In this document: one piece after another, positions 28,950 to 37,943 of the stretch
Position numbering within the stretch: the first letter of the stretch is position 1
How the letters are laid out: every line of letters begins with the position of its first letter
From: Polyangiaceae bacterium
GTDB lineage: Bacteria > Myxococcota_A > Polyangia > Polyangiales > Polyangiaceae
DNA: 64,000 bases
Direction of reading: 5' to 3'
Assembly (NCBI GenBank): GCA_044376115.1
Contig: JBILLK010000019.1
Span: 32,001 to 96,000 of the forward strand
Translations under genes and position numbers: made by a program
The notes under the pieces: generated by a model
Databases searched by the model: none
What the model was told of the DNA's origin: nothing
What the model saw: the letters and a program-made list of their open reading frames with translations, nothing else

Positions 28950-30245
28950 TCAGTCGGGCGCGAAGCTCAGTTGGGCGGTGAAGCGGGTCGTGCCGTCGGG
29001 CTTTGCGGGCAGTAGGAGGTCGGCGGTGGCGGCGATGGAGCAAGCGATGACGCCGGCGTCCGGGAGGTCTGCTTCGGTGGTCTGCAGCTGCGCGACGCGG
29101 CCGTCGCGTAGGACCACGCCGCGCACGGTGATGCGGCCAACAAGGTTGGGGTTCGAGGCGCGGCCAAGGGCTGCGCAGCGGAGCAACGCGGGCTCGAGCG
29201 AGGGGAGGGCGGCGCGGAGGGTCGGGACGTCGACGGGGCCTTGTGCGCTGACGGCGCTCCAGCGGACCACGCCAGCGGAGGCGGCGGGGACGCGGGGCTG
29301 AGCCGGCACGGAGGCGTCGTCAGCCGCAAACGGTCCGCCTTTGGCACCGGTTCCTGGGCACTGGGCGAACGGTGAAGCCGCGCCAAACATGGGCGGCGCG
29401 CCGCCGCTCGCTGCGAGCAGCGTGACGCTGGGCGAGCGCTCCCGCAGCGCCTCGAACCCGGCGACGAGCGGTGATGCCATGGTGGCGGCGTCGCCGCTCG
29501 GCACGACCCGAAGCGCGTTGGCGCAGGCGCCGTCGAGCCCTTCGCAGCTGTCACGGATCGCGCTGCGCAGCTCGTCGACGGTCTTCACCTCGCGCGCAGG
29601 CTTGGGCAGCCTGCAGCCGACGCGGCCGAGGAAGCGCAGCCGCCAGCCGCTGCCGTTCGCCTCGAGCTCGGCCACGTCCAGCGGCGTGTTGCCCGCGGCC
29701 TGCGAGTCGAAGCGGCTCGCCCCGACGGTCACGGTCGCGTCGAAGCCTGCGTGATTGACGGTCGCGACGGCGCTCAGCGCTTGTGCGGCGCTCAGGTCGG
29801 AGGCGAGCTCGATCGTCGCGTTGCCGGTGAAGGGGCGGTCGGGGATGAGCATGATCACGTGCTCGCGGTCGAGCCGGAGCCAGCTCTTGAGCGCCGGTTC
29901 GATGGCCACCTCGGTGCGCGATAGCGCCACGTCTTGCAGGCGCTCGCCGTTGACTTCGAGGCCCGCCGTCGTCACGCGCAGCTTCGGGCTTCGCAGCGGC
30001 TGGTCGAGTGGTTCGCCCTTCGCGATTCGTTCCTGCTCGCGCAGGAGCTGATCGCGATCGGGTGCTTGTTTGTCGGCAGCCCGTACGCTCTTCGGCGCGG
30101 AGCCCGAGCCAGCGGCGGAGCTCGAGGCGCTCGAACCGCCCTTCGAACCAGGCCCGTTGCAGGCGCCGAGCGCGAGGAGCGCGAGCACAAAATATCGAGC
30201 GTTGCGGCTTCGCGACGTGAGCGATCGGTTGTTCTTCAAGCTCAT
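28950..30245 (-). CDS. Lipoprotein with an AgmX/PglI-like C-terminal domain
   Basis: Lipobox LGAC; LLRCAALGRASNPNLVGRITVR...VIACS. Confidence 0.6.
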   Translation of the reverse strand: MSLKNNRSLTSRSRNARYFVLALLALGACNGPGSKGGSSASSSAAGSGSAPKSVRAADKQAPDRDQLLREQERIAKGEPLDQPLRSPKLRVTTAGLEVNGERLQDVALSRTEVAIEPALKSWLRLDREHVIMLIPDRPFTGNATIELASDLSAAQALSAVATVNHAGFDATVTVGASRFDSQAAGNTPLDVAELEANGSGWRLRFLGRVGCRLPKPAREVKTVDELRSAIRDSCEGLDGACANALRVVPSGDAATMASPLVAGFEALRERSPSVTLLAASGGAPPMFGAASPFAQCPGTGAKGGPFAADDASVPAQPRVPAASAGVVRWSAVSAQGPVDVPTLRAALPSLEPALLRCAALGRASNPNLVGRITVRGVVLRDGRVAQLQTTEADLPDAGVIACSIAATADLLLPAKPDGTTRFTAQLSFAPD

Positions 30246-30253
30246 CTTCCAAT

Positions 30254-30634
30254 TCAACGTCTCTTGCAGCCCACCGGAACAGCGCTAGGCGGCACAACCT
30301 GATCGCCAATCAGTACCTCGTCCGGGGTTACACCTTGAAGGCTCAACTGGACTTCGATGCCGGTCGTCGCGACGTCCAAGTGTGTAGTGTGATGGGGCGG
30401 ATCGACAAAGATGCCGCGAATCATCGTCAAAAGGAAGAGCTTGCCGCGCACGATGGCGACTTCATCCATCACTCGAAGTTGCCCATCGACCACGCCTCGT
30501 ACCAGCGTGCCGATGCCCTGGATCGAGTCGATGTTCGTGACGACCAGCTTGAAGGCGTTCTTCTGCAGGTTCGTCGGGTGGTGCTCGACGGTCACGACCG
30601 CCTCGGACTGGGTCGGGAGCGGCTCAGCGACCAT
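30254..30634 (-). CDS. Stand-alone EF-Tu domain II-like beta-barrel protein
   Basis: FKLVVTNIDSIQGIGTLVRGVV.GQLRVMDEVAI...GIEVQLSLQGVTPDEVLIGDQV aligns by eye with EF-Tu domain II; GGAGG RBS upstream of ATG 30634. Confidence 0.65.
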   Translation of the reverse strand: MVAEPLPTQSEAVVTVEHHPTNLQKNAFKLVVTNIDSIQGIGTLVRGVVDGQLRVMDEVAIVRGKLFLLTMIRGIFVDPPHHTTHLDVATTGIEVQLSLQGVTPDEVLIGDQVVPPSAVPVGCKRR

Positions 30635-30899
30635 CCCAAGTTCCTCCCAACTGAGGTCGAGGATGCTTTGAACGCCTGCTTGCGATTCGCGTAGCCGCAG
30701 CGCACGAGGAGGCGGAGCTCTTCGAGGACAGTCTCCGGTAGGTCCATGACCGCGACAGTAGCCGCTTCTGCGTCTCAGGGTCCGACCACGCGCAGCCCTC
30801 ACCAATGCACAGTCGCAGCCCAGCGCTCTTCGCCGCTGGCAGCTGGCCGACCCCGGGCTCACTGTTGTGTCCAGCGTGGGCCAAAGCTAGCTCGCTGGC

Positions 30900-31841
30900 A
30901 TGCTCTCTCACTCCAACCCGCTCTGGAGGTTCGCCTTCTCCGCCTCCTTGGTCGTCGGCTGTGCCGGCGCGCCTGGAGCCGCACCGCGTGACGTCCCGCA
31001 GACCTTCTCCGAGGAGAGCGAGCTTCACCTGGGCATGTATGCGACGTGCATCGTCGATGGCGGCAAGCCGGTGTGCTTCGCGGTCGACTCGAGCGAAGGC
31101 AGCTACGACAAGGCGAGCACTCGGCGGCCGTCCGAACTCGGGTTCCTTGGCACCGTCAAGCGGTTCGCCTTCAATGGGAAGTACGGCTGCGCGATTACCG
31201 AGGACGATGGGGTCGCGTGCTTCGAGGGCTCTCTCGGCGGCGACCTGAGGGCAGATCGCGAGGAGCCCTTTATCCACGACCATCTCGGCCCGCCGGTGAT
31301 GATCGTCGCAGGCGGCGATGGCTTTACCAACTTTGGCTGCGTGGCCGATGCGGAGCATCGCGTGGACTGCTTCTCCAATAACCTTGGCCCCTCGCCGACC
31401 GCGCTCCCTGCAGACACCAAGCTCGTGCAGATGAGCGCGGGCAAGAGTCACATGTGCGGCGTCACCCCGGCGGGCACGGTGCTCTGTTGGGGCTCGAACA
31501 ACTTCGGTGAGGCGGGGCATGAGGGCTACGATGCGCGCACGGTCGAAGGGCTACCAAGCAAGGCGCTCGAGACGTCGGCGGGCGCTTGCCACTCGTGCGC
31601 ACGCCTCGAGAAGGGCGAGATCTTTTGCTGGGGCTTCGGCGGCGAGGGCGGCGCGATTGGGCCCCAACCGGGGCCAGGCAGCGGCGGCAATGGTGGTGCG
31701 GGCGGTGAGGGCGGCGCCATTGGTCCCCAGCCCGCACCTGGCGGCGCAGGCGGAATCGGTGGCAGCGGCGGCGCTGGCGAAGGTGGGACTGGCGGCGCCA
31801 TTCCGCCCCAGCCGAACCCCGGCAACGGGGGCAGCTTCTGA
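30900..31841 (+). CDS. RCC1-repeat lipoprotein with a Gly-rich GGAI(G/P)PQP repeat tail
   Basis: Lipobox VVGC; SAGKSHMCGV...VLCWGSNNFGEAG and SAGACHSCAR...IFCWG RCC1 repeats; three PQP cores at the C-terminus. Confidence 0.75.
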   Translation: MLSHSNPLWRFAFSASLVVGCAGAPGAAPRDVPQTFSEESELHLGMYATCIVDGGKPVCFAVDSSEGSYDKASTRRPSELGFLGTVKRFAFNGKYGCAITEDDGVACFEGSLGGDLRADREEPFIHDHLGPPVMIVAGGDGFTNFGCVADAEHRVDCFSNNLGPSPTALPADTKLVQMSAGKSHMCGVTPAGTVLCWGSNNFGEAGHEGYDARTVEGLPSKALETSAGACHSCARLEKGEIFCWGFGGEGGAIGPQPGPGSGGNGGAGGEGGAIGPQPAPGGAGGIGGSGGAGEGGTGGAIPPQPNPGNGGSF

Positions 31842-31879
31842 GCGGACGCCTTCGTACCAAGCGGCGCGCTACGAAGCTG

Positions 31880-32884
31880 CTGTCGAAGACCAAGGCCAAG
31901 CGTGGCCAGCAACAGCTGTCGCCCGACGCCGTCGACTGGTGCGCCCGCAACTTGCGCTGGAACATCCCGAGCGACGAGCTCGTGAAGACTCTCGTCAACG
32001 CGGGTGTGCCTCGAGCGATCGCGGAGCGCGACGTTGACCTCGTAGCCAACTCGGCGTTGGGGCCCGCGCTCATCCGCGCGCTGCGGCAGGTCGATCGGCA
32101 GGCCGAACTGACCGAGCTGCTGAAGGCGCTCAGTCGCGGCGCGAAGCTGTTGGAGCTACCGCGACTCCCCGGCGCCGAGGAGTTCTTTGCTCACTACTGG
32201 TCAACGAATACTCCCTTCGTCGTTCGAGGGTTCATCGACCAGTGGGAGCGACCCTTTCGGCCAACGTTCGCCGATCTGAGACGACGGTTCGGCGATACGG
32301 TGGTGGAGATCGCCCAAGGCCGCGACGCCTACGCCGACCCCGGACTTCACTTCGAGAAGACGGTCACGTCGATCCCCCTGGCGGCCTTCCTCGACATCGT
32401 GCTCGAGCAACCGGGGAACGACGCGTACATGGTTGCGCGGAACGCAACGCTTGGCATTGCGCTATCGAAGCTGCTCGACGAGATCCACCCACCGAGCGAG
32501 CTGTTCGATGAAAAGCTCAAAGGCTCGGGCATCTCGCTTTGGCTGGGCCCGGCGAACACCCGAACGCTGCTGCATCACGACGGGACCAACAACCTGTTTT
32601 GCCAAGTGCTCGGACGAAAGCGGGTTTGGCTGGTCCCTCCGTTTCTAACGCACATCGCCGAGTCTGCGGTTGGCCACTACGCCACCAAGCGGCCGAGCGA
32701 TCCGGACGTGCTGCCGTACGCTCGAGAAGTCGTGCTCGAGCCTGGCGATGCCGTCTTCTTGCCGGTGGGCTGGTGGCACGAAGTCGAGAGCCTCAGCCCG
32801 AGCCTCTCGCTGGCCTTGGTCGGCTTTAACCGGCCCAACAAATTCAGCTACCAACCCGGTCGCACCAAGCCAAAAGACGTTTAG
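31880..32884 (+). CDS. JmjC/cupin-like (FIH/JMJD5-type) 2OG-Fe(II) hydroxylase
   Basis: LWLGP...TLLHHD..NNLFCQVLGRKRVW...LEPGDAVFLPVGWWHEV; the frame stays open upstream of TTG 31952, so the start is uncertain (possibly CTG near 31880). Confidence 0.85.
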   Translation: MSKTKAKRGQQQLSPDAVDWCARNLRWNIPSDELVKTLVNAGVPRAIAERDVDLVANSALGPALIRALRQVDRQAELTELLKALSRGAKLLELPRLPGAEEFFAHYWSTNTPFVVRGFIDQWERPFRPTFADLRRRFGDTVVEIAQGRDAYADPGLHFEKTVTSIPLAAFLDIVLEQPGNDAYMVARNATLGIALSKLLDEIHPPSELFDEKLKGSGISLWLGPANTRTLLHHDGTNNLFCQVLGRKRVWLVPPFLTHIAESAVGHYATKRPSDPDVLPYAREVVLEPGDAVFLPVGWWHEVESLSPSLSLALVGFNRPNKFSYQPGRTKPKDV

Positions 32885-32904
32885 TCAGGCGCCAGACGAC
32901 CCAC

Positions 32905-32940
32905 AAAACGACGGAAGGCTCCCTGTGGAGCCTTCCGTCG
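32905..32940 (-). terminator. Intrinsic terminator of the 33-37.7 kb operon (possibly bidirectional)
   Basis: Perfect 14-bp stem CGACGGAAGGCTCC/GGAGCCTTCCGTCG followed by TTTT on the minus strand. Confidence 0.75.
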
Positions 32941-32978
32941 CGCGTCTTGTGTTGGTCTGCGCTAATTCAGGTCTTGAT

Positions 32979-34421
32979 TCAGGTCTTCACGACGCCGGTG
33001 ATCTCCGGGCCTGCGTAGAAGTCCTTCACCACCGTCATGTTGCCCTTGGCGATGGCGTAGGCGACGGCAGCTCCTGCGGCGGTGGCCGTCTCCGCGGCGG
33101 GCTTACCGGGGACGTCTTGGCCAGTGGCGACGTCCCAACCGTGGGTCTCGTCGTTGGCCTTGATGTCGCCGAACCAACCGGTCTTTAGGTAGCCGTTGGA
33201 CATGCAGTAGACCCAGTTGGAGTTGCCAGGCGTCGAGTCGGGCCAGGCGCTGGCTTGGGTTGGCGTCTTGGGCGTGTCACCGTGGGCGGTGAGGATGACT
33301 GAGTCCGCCAGGGTGTTCTCCGAGCAGGAGGGGTCTTGAGAGCCCTCGAGGTCGTTGTAGAAGGCGTCTAGCATCGTGCCCAGGGCGGTGATCGTGGCGC
33401 GCAGAGCGTTCATGTTGTCGAAGGCTCCGTGCGGGTCGCTGAACGGTGAGTCGGTGGCGCCGGGGGCGAGCGCGATCTGCACGTTCATCGTGAGGTTGAG
33501 CTTGAAGGCCTTGGCGGTGGTGATGAGCGCACGCGCGAGGTTCTCGAGCTTGGTTTTGGCGGGGGCGCTAGCTTGAGAGGCCAGCAAGGTGGTGACCCCG
33601 TACGCGGTTAGATCCGCCGGGGTGGGCGTGAGCTGATTGCCGAGGTTGCGACCAACGACGTTGGCGGCGGTCTTGGTCACGTCCAAGTGGCGTTTCCAGG
33701 TGGGGAGCTTCGCGCCTTCTCGAAGACCGACCACGGCCTTGTAGTAGGTCTCGTAGAGTTCACGGTCTTCTTGTGAGGCGAGCACCAGCTGGCTTGCGGC
33801 GCTGTTGAACAGATCCACCATGCCGCCGGCGCTGGGGACGTTGGAAGCTGCGGGTGCACCCGGCGCTGCGCCAAGGTTGACCGGCCCCACGCCGATCACC
33901 GGCAGCAGCGTCGGTACTTGTCGCTGAATCGCAGCTGCGGTCGCCACCATGCTGGCGTTCGCTGCGACCACGGCGGAGGTAGCGGGCGTTTGCGTGTGCG
34001 TCTCGTTGGCGCCCGACATCATCGCCGTCACGGCGCGACGTGCGCGAGGCTGCCCAGCGTCAAGCCACGGTGCTTCGGGGCCGTAGTAGAACTGCTTGTC
34101 TCCACCGATGTGGAGCTGGCCTTCGCCCGGCGCGTGCCAAGCGAAGCTTGGGTTGTTCGCCTGCGCGATGTTGACGAACGGCCACAGCAATTGGAACCAG
34201 GCGAAGCTGCCGTTGCCTCCAACGATGTGCACCGAGCGATTGGTGCCGGCGCAAGCCATTCCGCCTGCCAACGCTTCTCCACCGACGTCGTCGGCGAAGT
34301 TCAGCAGACGGCTGCGATCCACGGCGAGCGCTGCACCGGCAGCACCGAGCCAGCGAATGAAGCGACGGCGGGAGGAACCACGAAGATCTTTGATTCGGTA
34401 GTCCATGGTTGCCTCACTCAC
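32979..34421 (-). CDS. Tat-exported divergent DUF1501/DUF1552-like protein
   Basis: SSRRRFIRWLGAAGAALA twin-arginine signal; DPHG and DSVILTAHGDTPKTP resemble the DUF1501 DTH and SEFGRTP motifs. Confidence 0.6.
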   Translation of the reverse strand: MSEATMDYRIKDLRGSSRRRFIRWLGAAGAALAVDRSRLLNFADDVGGEALAGGMACAGTNRSVHIVGGNGSFAWFQLLWPFVNIAQANNPSFAWHAPGEGQLHIGGDKQFYYGPEAPWLDAGQPRARRAVTAMMSGANETHTQTPATSAVVAANASMVATAAAIQRQVPTLLPVIGVGPVNLGAAPGAPAASNVPSAGGMVDLFNSAASQLVLASQEDRELYETYYKAVVGLREGAKLPTWKRHLDVTKTAANVVGRNLGNQLTPTPADLTAYGVTTLLASQASAPAKTKLENLARALITTAKAFKLNLTMNVQIALAPGATDSPFSDPHGAFDNMNALRATITALGTMLDAFYNDLEGSQDPSCSENTLADSVILTAHGDTPKTPTQASAWPDSTPGNSNWVYCMSNGYLKTGWFGDIKANDETHGWDVATGQDVPGKPAAETATAAGAAVAYAIAKGNMTVVKDFYAGPEITGVVKT

Positions 34422-35262
34422 ACGTGTGTGCGGCGCTCAAGAAGGCGGCCACAGCAAGTTGTTGTTTTCGGCTGATGTCGGCGGGGGTGCCGTCGTGATC
34501 CTGTGCCAGTTGAGTGCACAAGATCATGTCTTCATCTTTGGCGGGACGGCCCATCACGCAGGAGAGCGATTGCACCACGCAGGCGCCTTCTGCATCGAAC
34601 ATGGGGAAGCCAACGCCTTCGATCTTGCAGGCGTCAACGTTCTCGATGTTGGCGATCACCTCGGCGGAGGCCTGGATGAAGATGTCGAACAGCTTGGTCG
34701 CGCCGCTGGTGGTGTGGAAGTACGCCTCGGCCTCACGCGCCTCGAACTTCGCCACGCCGAGAGCGTCGCGCCCTTCATTGTAGAGCTGGCCGGCCGTCTT
34801 CGGGGTTCCGGTGGCTGCGAGATTCACGCCGCGTGACGTGAGGAACGTACCAAGCGCTTCGTATCGAATCTTGGTGCAGCCATGAAGCCGCGAGCGAACC
34901 TCTGGCGGGCCTTCTTCAGCGCGCTCTTTGAGCAGCTCGAACGGGTCTTTCTTCCCGCTGCTGCCCGGATCATTCATGTGATCGAAGGTGTTGTCGTCGT
35001 TGCCGGTGTTCTGATCTTCGGGACCCGGCTCGGTTCCAGCGCTGGTGCTGCCGCCGGCGCCGGTGCCTTGTGTCCCAGCGCCTGCTGCGCCGGTGCCCTG
35101 TGCGCCGGTGCCCTGTGCGCCGCCGCCGCCTTGCGCCGTGGTGGTCGAGCCGCCTTTGCCGCCGTTGCAGTCGGGGCCGTCACTGGTGGAAGCGGATTCA
35201 TCGCAGGCTACCGCGAGCAGCAGGGCCGCAAAAACGCTGGTGTTTCGTAGGATGGTTGCCAT
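34414..35262 (-). CDS. Lipoprotein of unknown function with a GTGA-repeat linker
   Basis: Lipobox LAVAC; overlaps the downstream start; Cys/His-containing C-terminal domain. Confidence 0.7.
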   Translation of the reverse strand: MATILRNTSVFAALLLAVACDESASTSDGPDCNGGKGGSTTTAQGGGGAQGTGAQGTGAAGAGTQGTGAGGSTSAGTEPGPEDQNTGNDDNTFDHMNDPGSSGKKDPFELLKERAEEGPPEVRSRLHGCTKIRYEALGTFLTSRGVNLAATGTPKTAGQLYNEGRDALGVAKFEAREAEAYFHTTSGATKLFDIFIQASAEVIANIENVDACKIEGVGFPMFDAEGACVVQSLSCVMGRPAKDEDMILCTQLAQDHDGTPADISRKQQLAVAAFLSAAHTCE

Positions 35263-35265
35263 GGC

Positions 35266-36474
35266 CTAGAACCTCACGAAATCGGGGTGAAGGAAGATCT
35301 GACGCATGGTCGCGCGCAGGTTCCCGTTGGAGGTTTTGAAGTCGGCTACCAAAGGCGCGATCACCTCGGTCGGAACGTTCGCCGCGTCGTTCACGATGTC
35401 GCCGCGCGACATCGCAAAGTTCCAAACGCGCGCTACCGCGCAGGACTGAACCTCCTCATCGAGCGCCATGCGTTGGCCGTATTCGAGCAAGTTCGCCGCG
35501 GGCTGCTCGAACTTGTAGGCGGTGGTTCCGCCCGGCGGGAGCCAGTCGCCGAACTCGGAGGTCGGGTTGCCGATGACCGGCGTGTTGACCTGAATCGAAG
35601 GCTGTTGTTGGCCAGCCGCGTCGAAGTAGCCGAACAGCGGCCCGCGGTGATTCGCCGTAGCGTGGCAGTTGGCGCAGATCGCGCTCGAGGTATCGAGGAA
35701 GTCGATGCGCCCGCCGTTGGCTGCGCCTGCGATCGACTCGAAGGGCCAGGGCGCCGTGTAGTCGCCAGCGCCCATCGGGATCGGCGTGTCGCTGAACTCG
35801 GCCGGTTGCTTCCGACAGGCGAACACCTCTTGGTAGAAGCGAACGCGGCGGAAGCCGAGGGCGCCGAAGTATTGCGCCTGCAGGCCCGGGTTCGTCAGCA
35901 GGCCGGCCGTCGGGTCGGCGTTGGTGCAGGAGCCATCGACGAAGTCGGTCCCGTTGAAGGTGGGGCAGGTGTTGGTGGTGCCGACGAACAGGTCTGAATA
36001 CGGCCGGCCCTCGAAGGTGACCTTGGCCGCGTAATTGGCCGCTGTATCGAAGAAGGCGGTGCCGCCAGTGCGGAACTCGTTGCGCCAGAAGTCGATCAGC
36101 CGCCTCTTGAAGCGCACGTCGTTCATCATCGCGTCGATCAGCTCAGCGTACTTCGCCTCTTGGTCGACAGCGGTGCGCAGGCTCTCCATCTCCGCGAGGG
36201 TCGGCACGTTACCGACCAGCTTGAGGCTCGCCGTGCGCAAGGCCTCGCCATAGCTGAGCTCACGCTGATCCAAGATCGTCGGCTGCGGGTCACCGCCGCT
36301 GCCGCCGTCACCGCCGGTGCCGTTGTTCGCGCCCGTGCCTGTGGTTGACGGCGAGCCACCTTGCGATGAGCCGGCCTCATTGCACTGGTTCGACGACGTC
36401 CCGATCTTGGTCGGGTCGTCGGGGTTGCAACCTGCGATGGCGAGGGCGGTCAACGTGACCGCCGAGTAGGTCAT
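35266..36474 (-). CDS. Mono-heme c lipoprotein of DUF1549/DUF1588/DUF1585 type
   Basis: Lipobox IAGC; LRTASLKLVGNVPT, AGLLT, CANCH and C-terminal LRATMRQIFLHPDF; ATGA overlap with the upstream gene. Confidence 0.7.
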   Translation of the reverse strand: MTYSAVTLTALAIAGCNPDDPTKIGTSSNQCNEAGSSQGGSPSTTGTGANNGTGGDGGSGGDPQPTILDQRELSYGEALRTASLKLVGNVPTLAEMESLRTAVDQEAKYAELIDAMMNDVRFKRRLIDFWRNEFRTGGTAFFDTAANYAAKVTFEGRPYSDLFVGTTNTCPTFNGTDFVDGSCTNADPTAGLLTNPGLQAQYFGALGFRRVRFYQEVFACRKQPAEFSDTPIPMGAGDYTAPWPFESIAGAANGGRIDFLDTSSAICANCHATANHRGPLFGYFDAAGQQQPSIQVNTPVIGNPTSEFGDWLPPGGTTAYKFEQPAANLLEYGQRMALDEEVQSCAVARVWNFAMSRGDIVNDAANVPTEVIAPLVADFKTSNGNLRATMRQIFLHPDFVRF

Positions 36475-37721
36475 TGGCCTTCTGCGTTTACCCACGGGGA
36501 CACCGTTTCCTTGAACGTGTTGTAGTTGCCGATACTGCCGCCGAACTTGAACAAGTGCGCGGAAGGATCGAGCGGATTGGTGACGACGAAAATTTGAGAG
36601 GTCTCGGCGGAGCCGGGTTTGATACGTGCGCGCACCTGACGACAGGCGAGCTCGTCATCGGTGCCGAGCTTGGAAAGATCCATGGCGCCTTGCGCTTGCG
36701 GGTTCTCTCCACCGTGACAGTTGGTTGCGCATACTTCGAGCGCCGGCGCTACGTCCTGGCTGAAGTCCGAGAGCGCAACGCAGTCGGTCGGGGGGAAGTA
36801 GTCGCCAACCAGGAACATGTCCTCGAAGGCGATCGAGAGGTAGCTGTCCTTCGCCCACGCTGTGTGAATGACCGTGCCCGTGCCGAGCTGAATTTTGCCG
36901 TCCAGCGCAAACACCTCATCGATCAAGGACAGGCTGTCGGACGGATCCGGGTTGGCCACGGTATCGGAGGGGTAGGCGGTGAAGAGCGGATGCACGAGGT
37001 GAAGTTGCATCTCGGCGACCGGATGAACCTCGATGTTCTCGAGCAACAACATCGACGGCGGAGCTCCGAGCTCGGTTGCGTTGAAGGTGATCGAGACGTT
37101 CTCGAACTCTTGCCCGAGCTCGTCCAAGTAGATGGTGTTGAAGGCGCCGTTCAGCTTCGGCTTGAAGGGCGTGACCACGAAGCCAATGTCCTCCGGCTTG
37201 GGGATGCGCGAGGCCTCCAGCTCCAACCAGGACTTCAGTTTGGCCCGCAGCCCTTCCGAAAGATCCGGCGCTTGGCCGCTGCCGTGCCCGGGATCTGCAG
37301 GCCGCGTGAGAACGATGCTATCCGGCACATTGGCGACGACGATGCCGGGGTAGCTGGTCATCGAGATGTACAGATCCGGCGCCGCGAGGAAGTACGACTC
37401 CGACGAGCCTTGGAGCTGATGACAGGCTCCGCACTCGCTTAGCAGGCCCGGCTCGACTGTCTCCTCGAAGACGGCTCGCGGGTCTCCGCCCAACGGCTCA
37501 CCACCGCCGTCTCCGCCCCCGCCCCCGCCTCCCCCCGTCGACGACGTGGAGGTTGGCCCGACAGGGCCGGTGGGCGAGCCGGTGGAACTCGAGGCGTCCC
37601 CACACGAGGCTGTTCCGGAGGCCACCGCAACACCGACCGTGAGCGCGAGCAGGGCGATCGGCAAGGCTTGGGAAGTTGGTTTAACTGCGGCTCGTAACAC
37701 TGGGCATTGCCTCGTAAGCAA
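36471..37721 (-). CDS. Exported c-type cytochrome-like lipoprotein (two heme motifs); start uncertain
   Basis: Signal ending TASCGD; CGACH and atypical CATNCH (CX3CH) motifs. Confidence 0.7.
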   Translation of the reverse strand: MLTRQCPVLRAAVKPTSQALPIALLALTVGVAVASGTASCGDASSSTGSPTGPVGPTSTSSTGGGGGGGGDGGGEPLGGDPRAVFEETVEPGLLSECGACHQLQGSSESYFLAAPDLYISMTSYPGIVVANVPDSIVLTRPADPGHGSGQAPDLSEGLRAKLKSWLELEASRIPKPEDIGFVVTPFKPKLNGAFNTIYLDELGQEFENVSITFNATELGAPPSMLLLENIEVHPVAEMQLHLVHPLFTAYPSDTVANPDPSDSLSLIDEVFALDGKIQLGTGTVIHTAWAKDSYLSIAFEDMFLVGDYFPPTDCVALSDFSQDVAPALEVCATNCHGGENPQAQGAMDLSKLGTDDELACRQVRARIKPGSAETSQIFVVTNPLDPSAHLFKFGGSIGNYNTFKETVSPWVNAEGQ

Positions 37722-37943
37722 GTGGTGGGCCTGAAGTTGTTTCCACTATTGACGCAGAATTGCAGGCTCGGTGTGGATCATCCATTCGTCACTGAGCCGG
37801 TGTGGATCCACGGCACGGTTGGGTCCAGCGCTCCGCCTGGATCCGGAAACTCAAACGTAAGCTCGATCATTATCGGTGGGTCAGCAGCATCCGCCAAGCC
37901 GAAAGACTCGTGCGTCCGCAAAGTGCCAAGGTAGCCTGTCGCG

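Noticed and set aside
32965..32987. ATTCAGGTCTT direct repeat as a target-site duplication
   Set aside because: The copies are adjacent with nothing inserted between them; most likely local slippage at the stop codon
37769..37809. DnaA boxes / replication origin
   Set aside because: Only two imperfect TGTGGATxx matches, with no AT-rich unwinding element or dnaA context
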